From IMG/VR virus record IMGVR_UViG_3300023198_000987: a stretch of 34,800 nt of DNA; one strand, written 5' to 3'. A model generated the notes under the pieces. That model was not told the DNA's origin. It saw only the letters and a program-made list of their open reading frames with translations, and ran no database searches. The DNA comes from a virus. Positions within the stretch are counted from its first letter, which is position 1. Each line of letters begins with the position of its first letter. Both the position numbers and the translations under genes were made by a program. Shown here piece after piece: positions 14,473-24,200 of this stretch.

Positions 14473-14840
14473 TGACTGCGAAGAAACCAACCAACGCTGG
14501 CGTCGCAAAGGTTGACGAAAAGGCCGCCGGCCAGGCCGCAATGGCCGAGAAGGCCGAGAAAGCGCAAGCCGATGCCGATCAGGTCTATCATGGCCTGGCT
14601 CTGCGGCGGATCAGCGGCGGCAGTGAGCGGCGCTGCAACCGGGCGCGGCACAACCTGGCATCGGCGATTGACGCCTATGCGGCTGAAATGGACCGGCAGG
14701 TCTACAAGGTCGATGAGGACGGCAAGCGCGCGGAAGGCTGGCGCTGGCTGGATGAAGTGCGCGATTTCAAGGAGCGCTTGGCGGGCGTTCACAACCAACT
14801 GAACGGGCTGCGCCAGTCAATCCGCGCGGATCAAGACTGA
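14472..14840 (+). CDS. Hypothetical protein (122 aa), head module
   Basis: ggagga lies 7 nt upstream of ATG 14472 (TGATG overlap). The sequence is Ala/Lys/Glu-rich and helical-looking. Confidence 0.55.
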   Translation: MTAKKPTNAGVAKVDEKAAGQAAMAEKAEKAQADADQVYHGLALRRISGGSERRCNRARHNLASAIDAYAAEMDRQVYKVDEDGKRAEGWRWLDEVRDFKERLAGVHNQLNGLRQSIRADQD

Positions 14841-14854
14841 GGAAGGGTCAAACG

Positions 14855-15823
14855 ATGAGCGGCAAAGATGAATGGATGATCTGGTGCGGGGCGCAAGGTG
14901 TGCGCCCCGTTGCCTTTTTCGGTGATGACGACGGCGAGGCTGAGGGCGACGGTGGGGAAGGCGATTACGACGGCGCTGCACCGAAGGGTTCGCTGTCTGA
15001 AATGCTCGACCACGCAAGCGACGGCGAGAAGGACGGCGACAAAGGCGAGGCAGACGGCGATTGGTCTAAGATAGCGGCCAAGCTGGGCGTTGACGCGGAA
15101 CACATCGGCAAAACGCCAGAGGACACGGTGAAGGCCCTACAGGGCCGGATCAAAGGGTTTCGGGACCAGATCGGCAAGGGCAAGAAGGCGGGCGAAGTGC
15201 CCGAAACTGCCGAGGGTTACGAAATCGAGGCAGACGGCGAGGACGATATTGTTGCGCCTTACCTCAACGCCGAGGAAAACACGCCGATCCTGAATGCGTT
15301 TCGTGAGGCGGCACTGGCGCGCGGCATGGACAAGGGGCAATTCGCCGGGTTCCTGCGCGATGGACTGTCGGCGGCGCATGATGGCGGGCTGATTGATCTG
15401 CGCGATGGCGACACAGTGATTGCCGAAAGCGCGCAACAGGAAATGGAAACCCTGAGCGAACAGATTGGCGCGTCCGAGGCCGTCGATATGGCGAATTCGG
15501 TCATCAACTTCGGCAAGGAACTTGTCGATCAGGGCACGATCCCGAAGGAATGGCAGAACGAATTCAACGTGATGTGCGGAACCGCAGAGGCAACGCAGAT
15601 CATGTATAACATCATGACGGGCAAAATGGGTCTCAAGGCGCAACCGCATGGCGACCCGATCAAAGGGGCGAAATCCGTTGATGATGCAAATGACGCCTAT
15701 CGCGCGGCGCTGGCCATGAAGCCTGGGGCCGAGCGGGATACAGCGGTGCGGGCTGCGGAAAAAGATGTGCAAAAGGCAAACGCGCATTTGGGCCAGGGAA
15801 CGTCCGTCCCGCTTGAACTTTGA
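14855..15823 (+). CDS. Scaffolding protein
   Basis: 322 aa, strongly acidic and helical. It lies between the portal and MCP genes as in T7 gp9. gaggaaggg lies upstream. Confidence 0.6.
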   Translation: MSGKDEWMIWCGAQGVRPVAFFGDDDGEAEGDGGEGDYDGAAPKGSLSEMLDHASDGEKDGDKGEADGDWSKIAAKLGVDAEHIGKTPEDTVKALQGRIKGFRDQIGKGKKAGEVPETAEGYEIEADGEDDIVAPYLNAEENTPILNAFREAALARGMDKGQFAGFLRDGLSAAHDGGLIDLRDGDTVIAESAQQEMETLSEQIGASEAVDMANSVINFGKELVDQGTIPKEWQNEFNVMCGTAEATQIMYNIMTGKMGLKAQPHGDPIKGAKSVDDANDAYRAALAMKPGAERDTAVRAAEKDVQKANAHLGQGTSVPLEL

Positions 15824-15872
15824 TGCGTTCCGCGCCTATTGTGCGCGCACCTCTCCTAACTGTTACTTCAAT

Positions 15873-15905
15873 CCCGGCGTAAAAACCGGGCTTGCTTTTT
15901 GTTTG
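15873..15905 (+). terminator. Weak intrinsic-terminator-like hairpin after the scaffold gene
   Basis: cccgg (15873-15877), loop cgtaaaaa, ccggg (15886-15890), then cttgctttttgtttg. The stem is only 5 bp. Confidence 0.3.
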
Positions 15906-16035
15906 CTACCTGCTGCATAACGTTGCCCAAGACGCAGACCCGCGAGTTTCGGCACCCGGCGCACTAGCGATCAAGGCCCGTCACAACTCAAGGCACTCGG
16001 TCAATCCCGAATGTAACCTTGATGGAGTGACGAAA

Positions 16036-16875
16036 ATGTCCACCACACTTTCTGTTGCAGCGATTGCGGCGTTTGGCCAAGAGGTCAAGCACGCCTACCA
16101 GGATCGCCCGAAACTACGCGGCACCTGCCGGGACCGTCGCGGCGTGAATGCAGCAACATACCGTTTCCCTAAGCTGGGCGCTGGCATCGCAACGCGGCGT
16201 TCGCCGCAAACCGACGTTGTGCCGATGAACCTGGTTCACACCAACGCCACGGTGACGCTCGAAGATTGGAACGCCGCTGAATACACCGACGTGTTCAACC
16301 AGGCGAAAACCAATGTCGATGAGCGTTCCGAACTGGCGCAATCCATCATGCTGGCTATTGGGCGGCGTGAGGACCAGCTTTTGATCGACGCGCTCGAAGC
16401 CTCTGCCACCACGTTGACCGTTGCCGAAAGCATCGGCGGCGCGAACACCAGCGTGAACGTGGACAAGCTGCGCCGCGCGTCGCGCCTGCTTGGCGACAAT
16501 GGCGTTGAAGAACAGGGCATGACCTACGTTGGTTCGCACTACGGCAAGGAAAGCCTGCTTGGCGAGACCGAGGCCACGAGCCAGGACTACAACGCTGTTC
16601 GCGCGCTGATGACCGGCGAAATCGACACCTTCATGGGCTTCAAATTCCGCTGGATCGCATCGCGTTCCGAGGGCGGGCTTGACCTAACGTCGAACATTCG
16701 CGCCAACTTTGCTTATGCACATTCCGCGATGGGCTGCGCATCCGGCACAAACAACCGGATGGAAATCAACTACATTCCGACGAAAACCTCGCACCTGGCC
16801 AACTATCTGTTCAGCGCCGGATCGACTGAGGTTGACGCCGGGGGCGTGGTTGACGTGTCCACTTACGAAGCCTGA
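16036..16875 (+). CDS. Major capsid protein
   Basis: 279 aa from ATG 16036 (ggag 8 nt upstream). It follows the scaffold gene and precedes the strongest terminator in the genome. FGQEVKHAYQD...LRG..R...G..A.TYRFPKLG...A and NVDERSELAQSIMLAIGRREDQLLIDAL fit a podovirus capsid family pattern recalled from memory. Confidence 0.75.
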   Translation: MSTTLSVAAIAAFGQEVKHAYQDRPKLRGTCRDRRGVNAATYRFPKLGAGIATRRSPQTDVVPMNLVHTNATVTLEDWNAAEYTDVFNQAKTNVDERSELAQSIMLAIGRREDQLLIDALEASATTLTVAESIGGANTSVNVDKLRRASRLLGDNGVEEQGMTYVGSHYGKESLLGETEATSQDYNAVRALMTGEIDTFMGFKFRWIASRSEGGLDLTSNIRANFAYAHSAMGCASGTNNRMEINYIPTKTSHLANYLFSAGSTEVDAGGVVDVSTYEA

Positions 16876-16926
16876 TAGGTGGCGGCCTTCGGGCCGCTGC
16901 TTTCACACTTAATTGGAGGCCGGGAA

Positions 16927-17175
16927 ATGGCATTCACTATCGTAAATCTTGAAAACCTGGCTGGCAGTGGCGGCGGTCGGAAAATCTTTTCGTATGCCAC
17001 GACTGCGGACAACAAGGCTGCCGTGAAGGGTGCGGGGTACTTCAACGAAGCCGCCGGTCTGCTGACCGTGGGCGACCGGATTGCAATTCACTGCACTGAT
17101 GCAGATTTTGACTGCCACGTGTCGGCGATTTCGGCGGGCGTGGTGACTATTGCCGCCGTGGATGCGTTCGCCTGA
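16927..17175 (+). CDS. Small protein after MCP (82 aa); possible decoration or cement protein
   Basis: ggagg lies 7 nt upstream of ATG 16927. It is co-terminated with the MCP gene. The function is inferred from position only. Confidence 0.5.
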   Translation: MAFTIVNLENLAGSGGGRKIFSYATTADNKAAVKGAGYFNEAAGLLTVGDRIAIHCTDADFDCHVSAISAGVVTIAAVDAFA

Positions 17176-17204
17176 TCCGGTTCACGTTTCGGGCGAGGGA
17201 TAGG

Positions 17205-17234
17205 GGCCGGGCGGGGAAACCTGCCCGGCCTTTT
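17205..17234 (+). terminator. Rho-independent terminator after the capsid genes
   Basis: ggccgggc (17205-17212) pairs with gcccggcc (17223-17230), with a 10-nt loop, followed by tttt (17231-17234). Confidence 0.8.
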
Positions 17235-17252
17235 GAATAGAAAGAGACCGCA

Positions 17253-17900
17253 ATGGCCGACGATCAGTTTGATGTATGTTCCAAGGCGCTTGGTTTGATG
17301 GGCGAGGAACCGATTACCAGCTTCGAGGACGACACTGCCCAGTCAGAGCAATGCGGCCTTCATTATGAAATGTTCATCCGTTCGCTGATGATGGCGAAAG
17401 ACTGGTATTTCTTGCGCAAGCGGGCCGATCTGGTCGAAGATGGCGCGGCGGTTCCGGTGAATGAGTGGACGCGGGCGTTTCTGCTGCCGAGCGATGCACT
17501 GGGGCCGCCGGTCGCGGTGTTCTTTTCGTCATCGACCGGCGCAAGCCCGGTGGTCGAGGGGTGGGAAATCTCAGGCCGTCACCTTCTGACCGACGCGACG
17601 AGCGTCACGGTGCGCTACGCGGCGCGCGTCAATGAGGGGCTGTGGCCAGCATACTTCGAAAGCCTGGCCGTGTGGGGGCTGGCGGCGGAACTGTGTGTGC
17701 CGATCACCGAAAATGGTGCGCAGGCTGAGCGCTTGCACGTCAAGGCGTTTGGCAATCCGTCCGATAGCGGCAAGGGCGGTATGTTCATGAGCGCAGCCCA
17801 GGCCGATGAGGTAGGTCGCCCGACTGAAAGCCTGCTGGACGACAGCGACCCGATGACCGAGGCGCGCTTTGGTCACTACGGCGGGCGGGGATACTATTAA
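17253..17900 (+). CDS. Tail tubular protein A / adaptor (T7 gp11-like)
   Basis: 215 aa, the T7 gp11 size class. CSKALGLMGEEPITSFEDDTAQSEQCGLHYEMFIRSLMMAKDWYFL matches the AL..lG...i.s.....s.ea..c...y......ll....W.F pattern of podovirus gp11-like proteins. It sits directly before the nozzle gene. Confidence 0.55.
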   Translation: MADDQFDVCSKALGLMGEEPITSFEDDTAQSEQCGLHYEMFIRSLMMAKDWYFLRKRADLVEDGAAVPVNEWTRAFLLPSDALGPPVAVFFSSSTGASPVVEGWEISGRHLLTDATSVTVRYAARVNEGLWPAYFESLAVWGLAAELCVPITENGAQAERLHVKAFGNPSDSGKGGMFMSAAQADEVGRPTESLLDDSDPMTEARFGHYGGRGYY

Positions 17901-20662
17901 TGCCGGTTATGCGCCACACTCAGCATTCGCTGGCCGCAGGCGAGTTGCAGCCCGACGCCTGGGGGCGTGAGGATATCGGGCCGTTCTACAATTCCGCGCG
18001 CATTATCGAGAACATTACGTCGCTTGCGCAAGGCCGGTTTGGCCGACGCGAGGGAACGCGGCACAGTTACCCGCAACGCGGGGCACTGTCTCAGGTTGAC
18101 ACGACGGCAAGCGGCACCTGGACCGCGACCAGCGGCGGCACTGCGGGGAACATTGACGACGACGACGAGGCAACGGCGCTGTTGACGACAACCAGCGTGG
18201 GCACGACCGACGACTATGTGATTGCGCACCTTGATTTCGGGTCGGCCCAAGAGGTCGATTTTGTCGATTTCACCGACCTGCAATTCACGACGCTGCCCAG
18301 CGGCATCACCAGCGCCAGCATGGAGTTGCATTATTCGACCGACGATGCGGCATGGAGCGTGGCGGCCACGATCAACGTGGGGGCCACGGCCTATGATCGC
18401 CGGTTTGCTGCCGCGCCCGATGCGCACCTGTTCAATGCCCGGTATATGCGCCTGGTCCGCGCCGGGACCGATGATCTGGACACCGCCAAGGTGCAGTTTA
18501 CAGAGGCGCGCGTGTGGACCGAGGCCAGCCAGTCGGACAGCGGCGCGACGCTGGGCGCGATTTCCGAGCATGAGATTGCGACCGAGCGCGACGCGCAATT
18601 CAAGATCATCCTGACCGCCCTGAATGCCGACGTGTTCAACTCGGTGACGGGCGCGTTTGTTGCCGCGATTGCCATTCCGCACACGGAAGCGCAGATTGAC
18701 GCGATCAATTCAACCGCCGACCTTGATACAATGGTTCTGTTTCACCAGGACGTGCATCCGTTTGTGGTGCAGCGCCTTGATGATGAAAGCGATTGGCGCG
18801 GCGGAAATTATGAATTCGACACGATTGTTGCCTTTCCATTCGATGACGCGACAACATACCCGGCACAAAACGAGGTCCAGATTGCGGACTTCCAAAGCAT
18901 GTCCAATAACGACGAGTATGTGATCGAATTCGCGGGCGAACGCACCGACACAATCACATGGTCAAACACTTCATCGACCAACATGACGCGGATCAAAAAC
19001 GCAATCGAAAGCCTGCCGCAGTTTTCCAGCGTCACAGTGACGGACAAGGGCAATAGCGATTATGAGTATGAATTCGACGGCGACGACGCCGGGCGGTCAA
19101 TCGCGGTTTTGATCTTCGACCTGGCGACCGGCGGGGGCAACGCCAACGTCACGCGGATGCAGAACGGCAAGGCGGCGACTGATGATCTATGGGGCGCAGA
19201 CCGGGGCTATCCGTCTTGCGGCGCGTTCCACCAGGGCCGGTTCTGGCTTGGTGGCTTCAAGGCCCGGCCTGGCGTTCTGGCGGCAAGCCGGGCCGGTGAT
19301 GTGGCCGACTTCCGCGAGGAACTGGACCCGGTGGCCGCCTCGCCAATCGTTGTTGAGCCGCGCGTTGACGAGGAAGTGACGGTTGAGCGGATCGTGTCGG
19401 GCCGTCACCTTCAACTGTTCACATCGGCGGGCGAATTCTATACGCCAACGGAACCGATCACGCCCGACAACGTGGCGTTCAAGAACACGTCGCGCCATGG
19501 CGTGAGGCCCAACACCCGCACCGCAGACGTGCAGGGCGCAACGGTGTTTGCGGACGCATCCGGCACGGCGCTGCGCGAATATCTGTTCGAGGACAACGAG
19601 CAATCCTATTCCGCCGAGCCGATTTCACTGCTGGCCGGTCATCTGGTTTCCGATCCTCTGTCGCTGGCGCTGCGCCGGGCGCAGAACGCATGGACGCCGA
19701 CAATGTTGCTCGTGGCCAACAGCGGCAACGATGAGGCGGGCGACATGGTGCCAGCGGCGCGCGTGGTGATTGACCGTGTGCAATCCGTCGCGGCCTTCCT
19801 GCGCATGACGACGCGCCTGGGCACATTCAAGGCATTTGTCGCCACGCGATCCAGCCTGGCATCGGCGGTTGTCTATCGCACCCTGGCCGGGAATGCCTGG
19901 AACTACATCGAACTGTTTGACCCGGACTGCCTGAATGATTGCTCAACCTTCATCGACAATCCCGACATTGAGGACTTTGACGCCTCTGCCGATCAAACAG
20001 TGTTCACCTACACATTCACATCGCCAACCGAGGAAGGCGATATGCTGGTCATGTTCGAGGAAAGCGGTGTTTATCGCCCGTTGTCGGCGAGCGATTACAC
20101 GCTGGACTTGAGCGCGAAAACTGTGACCTTTGCCGTTGGTCGCAGTGAGGGCGACGCCATTCGTATCCTTCCAAGGATGGCGTCGCTCGACCTTTCCGAC
20201 GTGGCCGAGCGCTTTGAGGGCATTGAGGTACAGGTGAACAATGACGGCAAGAGCGTGGGGCGGTTTACGCCGTCCAGCAACACGATAGACCTGGGCGAAT
20301 TCCGTGTGGATCAACAGGCCGAGGTCGGGCTGTTCATGGTGCCGCGTCTTGAACTGCATCCGCCGAAGGGCAAGGGCGAAACGTCGCCGACAATGCAGAA
20401 CATGCGAATTTTCCGGGCGCTGATTTCGTTCTATCGCACCGCGACTTGCACCATTGGCATCGGCACTGGGCCGCAACGGACGGTGCCGCTGCAACGCTGG
20501 GGCGCGTTAGATGTGGACCCGGTGGCCGACGACTTGAATTTCACGGGCACAAAGCGGATCAGCGGCCTGCGGGGCTGGGCAGTTGAGCCGACACTTGTTT
20601 TAACGCAAAGTGAGCCGGGGCCGTGGGCAATCCGGTTTATCACTTATGACGCGAGGTTTTGA
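17900..20662 (+). CDS. Tail tubular protein B / nozzle (T7 gp12-like) with an inserted discoidin (F5/8 type C)-like domain
   Basis: 920 aa. The N-terminus SLAAGELQPDAWGREDIGPFYNSARIIENITSLAQGRFGRREGT parallels T7 gp12 GGISQQPDILRYPDQG...N. Residues about 65-208 follow the discoidin pattern (DDDDEAT..., YVIAHLDFGSAQEVDFV, ELHYSTDDAAWSV, ARYMRLV). Confidence 0.65.
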   Translation: MPVMRHTQHSLAAGELQPDAWGREDIGPFYNSARIIENITSLAQGRFGRREGTRHSYPQRGALSQVDTTASGTWTATSGGTAGNIDDDDEATALLTTTSVGTTDDYVIAHLDFGSAQEVDFVDFTDLQFTTLPSGITSASMELHYSTDDAAWSVAATINVGATAYDRRFAAAPDAHLFNARYMRLVRAGTDDLDTAKVQFTEARVWTEASQSDSGATLGAISEHEIATERDAQFKIILTALNADVFNSVTGAFVAAIAIPHTEAQIDAINSTADLDTMVLFHQDVHPFVVQRLDDESDWRGGNYEFDTIVAFPFDDATTYPAQNEVQIADFQSMSNNDEYVIEFAGERTDTITWSNTSSTNMTRIKNAIESLPQFSSVTVTDKGNSDYEYEFDGDDAGRSIAVLIFDLATGGGNANVTRMQNGKAATDDLWGADRGYPSCGAFHQGRFWLGGFKARPGVLAASRAGDVADFREELDPVAASPIVVEPRVDEEVTVERIVSGRHLQLFTSAGEFYTPTEPITPDNVAFKNTSRHGVRPNTRTADVQGATVFADASGTALREYLFEDNEQSYSAEPISLLAGHLVSDPLSLALRRAQNAWTPTMLLVANSGNDEAGDMVPAARVVIDRVQSVAAFLRMTTRLGTFKAFVATRSSLASAVVYRTLAGNAWNYIELFDPDCLNDCSTFIDNPDIEDFDASADQTVFTYTFTSPTEEGDMLVMFEESGVYRPLSASDYTLDLSAKTVTFAVGRSEGDAIRILPRMASLDLSDVAERFEGIEVQVNNDGKSVGRFTPSSNTIDLGEFRVDQQAEVGLFMVPRLELHPPKGKGETSPTMQNMRIFRALISFYRTATCTIGIGTGPQRTVPLQRWGALDVDPVADDLNFTGTKRISGLRGWAVEPTLVLTQSEPGPWAIRFITYDARF

Positions 20663-20664
20663 CC

Positions 20665-21207
20665 ATGGCGACAATGTTTCTCGCTATCGGAAAAGGGATC
20701 GGCGCGCTTGGCGCGGCGGGGGCATCGGCGACGGCGGGGGCATCGGCGACGGCGGTTGCCGGGCCGGTCGGCGCGGCCTCGCTGGGGCTGGCAAAGGGCC
20801 TGTCCGTTTTCCGGGCGCTGACCACAATTGCGGCGGGGGTATCCGCCAACCGAGCGGCGCAAGATGCGGCCAACGAAGCCAGTGTGACCGAAGCGCAGGA
20901 GGGGGCGGCAGGGTCCGCCAATCAGCGCAAGCTGGCCAAGGAATATGAGGCGCTGATTTCCGAGCAACAGGTTGTGCAGATCGCCAACGGGGTCAATCCG
21001 GCAGTGGGCACGGCCCGGCAAATTCGTGAGGCCACCAGCGCCGAGGCCGGGCGCGATCTGAACACCAACCGCAACAACTACCAAAACCGAATGCGCCTTG
21101 CGCGCCGTCGTCGCCGGGGGCTTTTGAGCGAAGGCCGCGCGGCGCTGCTCGGATCGTTTGGAACCGGCGCGGGCATTCTGGCAAAAGGAGTGAGCGATTA
21201 TGGCTAA
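20665..21207 (+). CDS. Internal virion protein, gp14-like (Gly/Ala-rich membrane-active N-terminus)
   Basis: 180 aa. Size and position match T7 gp14. The N-terminus is Gly/Ala hydrophobic and the protein has a second hydrophobic C-terminal segment. Confidence 0.5.
   Translation: MATMFLAIGKGIGALGAAGASATAGASATAVAGPVGAASLGLAKGLSVFRALTTIAAGVSANRAAQDAANEASVTEAQEGAAGSANQRKLAKEYEALISEQQVVQIANGVNPAVGTARQIREATSAEAGRDLNTNRNNYQNRMRLARRRRRGLLSEGRAALLGSFGTGAGILAKGVSDYG
20719..20754 (+). repeat. Perfect 18-bp tandem duplication (ggggcatcggcgacggcg, 2 copies) encoding GASATA GASATA
   Basis: Read directly from the sequence. Confidence 0.9.
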
Positions 21208-24200
21208 TGTCCGTCGCTATGGCCCGTCCCGCGTTGACCCGATGGTGCAGGGGCCGCAGCCCGTTCTGGACGGCGAAGCGCGGGCCATGGCTGGCTTCGC
21301 AAGCGTGTTGGGCGCTGCATCCGATTTTCTGCGCCCGGCGGCTATGGAGGTTCGCAAGCGGCAAGCCGAAACCGATCTGCTGGGCGAGGTCGAAACCGGC
21401 GGGCCGTCCTGGGAAGTGCGATCACAAGAGGCCGCCAGCGCGGGAACCATCGCAGGGCTTGATGCACGCCCGGTGCAGGGGCCGAACCTGCCGACTGCGC
21501 AGAAACCGCCCAGGCCTAAAGCCCGCCCTAACCTCGCTCAGGGGGCCGCAGGGGGTGGTGCCGCGCCGGTCACGGCGGCCAATGCGACGTTTATCCTGCC
21601 GGGCTTCCTGGGAATGGGCGACAAAACGCCGGGGGCCAGGCGAAATCGCGGGCTGACAGATGAATACATGGCGACGGTTTCGGCGATTGTCGCCGGATCG
21701 CTGGGCAAGGGCTGGGACGTGCGCGTCAAGTCGGGCGGTCAGTATTCCGAAAACCAGCTAAAACAGATGGCGGCTGCGCGGGGCATCACGAACCCGGTGG
21801 ATATCGCCAAGTTTGTCAATGCGCGCCGCACCGGATCAACCCGGCACGATGTACACGATCACGGGAAATCGGGCACGGCTGACTTTGTGCTGAGCTACAA
21901 CGGCAAAGATGTTACGCCCGATCAGAATAAAAAAGCCTACGCCAAACTGTTCCGTGCCGCTGCACCATATTTTCCGGGCATTGGGCATTATGGCTGGGGC
22001 GTTCACATTGGCGGCGGCAATGAAATGTTTTGGGGGCCGAACACACGCGGCCAAGATCACGATGAATTCAACGGCGACCTGACACTTTTGGCCGCCGTCC
22101 GCGAGGGCCGAGCGGCGGGCGGGCGCAAGTATGGGCAAACCCGCGTTGAGGTCGGGCCGGTGGCCGCTGGGCCTGACGGCAATTTCATTCCGCAAATGCC
22201 GGATATGGAACTGGTATCGACGGGGGGCGCATCATTCGAGCGCCGCTTGCCGTTTACCTATTATGACGCTGCATTCAACGAGGCCGCAGAGCGCGTGATT
22301 GGCGCGCGGGCGCGGCAGGCGCTTTATTCCGGGGCCTCTATTGCTGCGATGGAAGCGGGCGGCGACCTGGGCGCGCTCAATCAACAGATGGACGCCCTAC
22401 GCTCGCAGGTCATGGGTGATCTTCCCGCGTCGATGACCGGCCTTGCAATCGACATGGAAACCGAATTCGAAACGCAACGCGGCGTGGCGGTGCGGCAGGC
22501 AATCGGGCAGATCGAGAAAAAGACGATTGCCGGGCAAACCGAAGCCTTCAACATGGCGGTCGATGCGGCAAACGAACAAGCGCAATGGCTGGCTCTGTCC
22601 GGTGCCAGCACGTCGGAAATCCAGGGGCACCTGGTCCGCACACAGCGCCAGCTTGCGCAATTCGGGCCGCGTGAGGCGTTCACCTTCAACGGTGTGGACT
22701 ACCCTGCTGATCGGGCGCGCGCGGGGATCATGAGCGTTGCGCAGATGGGCGCGCAAATGCAGGCGATGGGTGACGCTTCGGCAGAAATGATGATCCGGGG
22801 GGATTTCGAGAGATCGACCGCCAAGGGCGCGTTTGTCTCGGAAATGAGGAAAGAGATTTTCGCGGGCCGGTCGCCCCTGCCGCCGGGTCAGGCGCTTCAA
22901 CTGCTGGGCCAGCTTGAGGTCGGGGTGCGGGCAGAACAGGCGCAGAAGGAAGCGGCGGCGCGGGCCGCTGCCGCCACGCTGAAAAAGCACACGACGGAAA
23001 CGATCAACCCCTACGTGTCGATGACCGAAGCCGGTGCGCCGATTGCCATTCCCGCCGAGGAACGGGCCGCGATCCTGGCCGATCTTGAGGGCTACCCGGC
23101 ATTGCAGCGCGAAGCCGAGGTTGCATTCGCCACGGCTGACGCTGCCGTTGCCACGCACGGCATGACCGGCGGGGAACTGAGCGCGTATATCAACAGTCAG
23201 AAAACCCAGCTTCAAGCCGCTGCCGAGCGCGGCGAAATAGATGACGAGGCAACCGCCGTCATTCTTCAACTCGAACATAAGCTGAAAGAACTTCAAAAGG
23301 GCATCACCGCCGACATGACAGGCGTGAACACAATTCTGGATGCAACGGTGGAGGGCACGGTTCTTGATGAAATTGACTGGGCCGGAATGGAGGCGCAGGC
23401 CGCAGGCAAGCCGGAATTGCTGGAACAGATCGCCCAGGCAAAAACGGTTTATGATACAATCGGCGATATGACCGACCTGACCGCCGATCAGCGCGATGAC
23501 GCGATGACGGCAATTCAGGAACGGCTGAACGATCTGGCCGCCGAGGGCAAGGGCTACGGCAAAGAGGGCGTGTTCATTGGCGAGGTTCTGGGCAAGCTGG
23601 ACGAGTGGAGTACCAACTTGACGGAAATGGCGCGCAGCGACGCCACGAGTTTCGCCAAGGCCAAGGGGATCGAGGTTATCCCGCTGGACGGTGAAACGAC
23701 TGGCGACCTGGGCGCGCAGGTTGCGCAGCGTGTGCTTGATGTGAGCCTTGCCGCCGAGGGTGAGGGCGTTTTGACGCCGGTTCCGCTGGACGCCGCCGAA
23801 AAGACACGGCTCAAAGGATTGTTGGACGATACCGAACTGTCGGCAACAGCGCGCATTGAATTCCTGGAAGGGCTGGCAGAATTGCCGATGGAACAGTCAA
23901 CGGCGGTTCTGGAAGCGCTGGGCGGGAATGGCATGTACGCAATCGCCGGTTCAATGGCGCGGCTGGGCCGGACGCAGGATGCGGAGGTCATGCTGTTTGG
24001 GACCGAAAGCGACCTGACCATTCCGAATAAAATCGACCGGCACACTATCAGGCAAGAGGTCGCGGGCGCGGCGATTGCGGCTGGCTACTTCGCTGTCGGC
24101 ACCCTGTCGCGCGTTGAGGATATCGCGGAGCATTACGCGATTGGCTTTGCGGCGCGGGATAACAAGGCCGAGGTCGAAGATAAGCACATGCAGATGGGCT

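Noticed and set aside
15892-16035. 48-aa N-terminal extension of the capsid ORF (start at 15892)
   Set aside because: That start is TTG with no SD and the product looks off-frame. ATG 16036 has ggag at 8 nt, and the protein from there begins like a capsid N-terminus.
20719-20754. 18-bp perfect tandem duplication as a regulatory or phase-variable element
   Set aside because: It is in frame inside a Gly/Ala-rich low-complexity region (GASATA x2) and has only two copies. It is most simply a slippage duplication with little functional meaning, so it is recorded as a repeat feature only.
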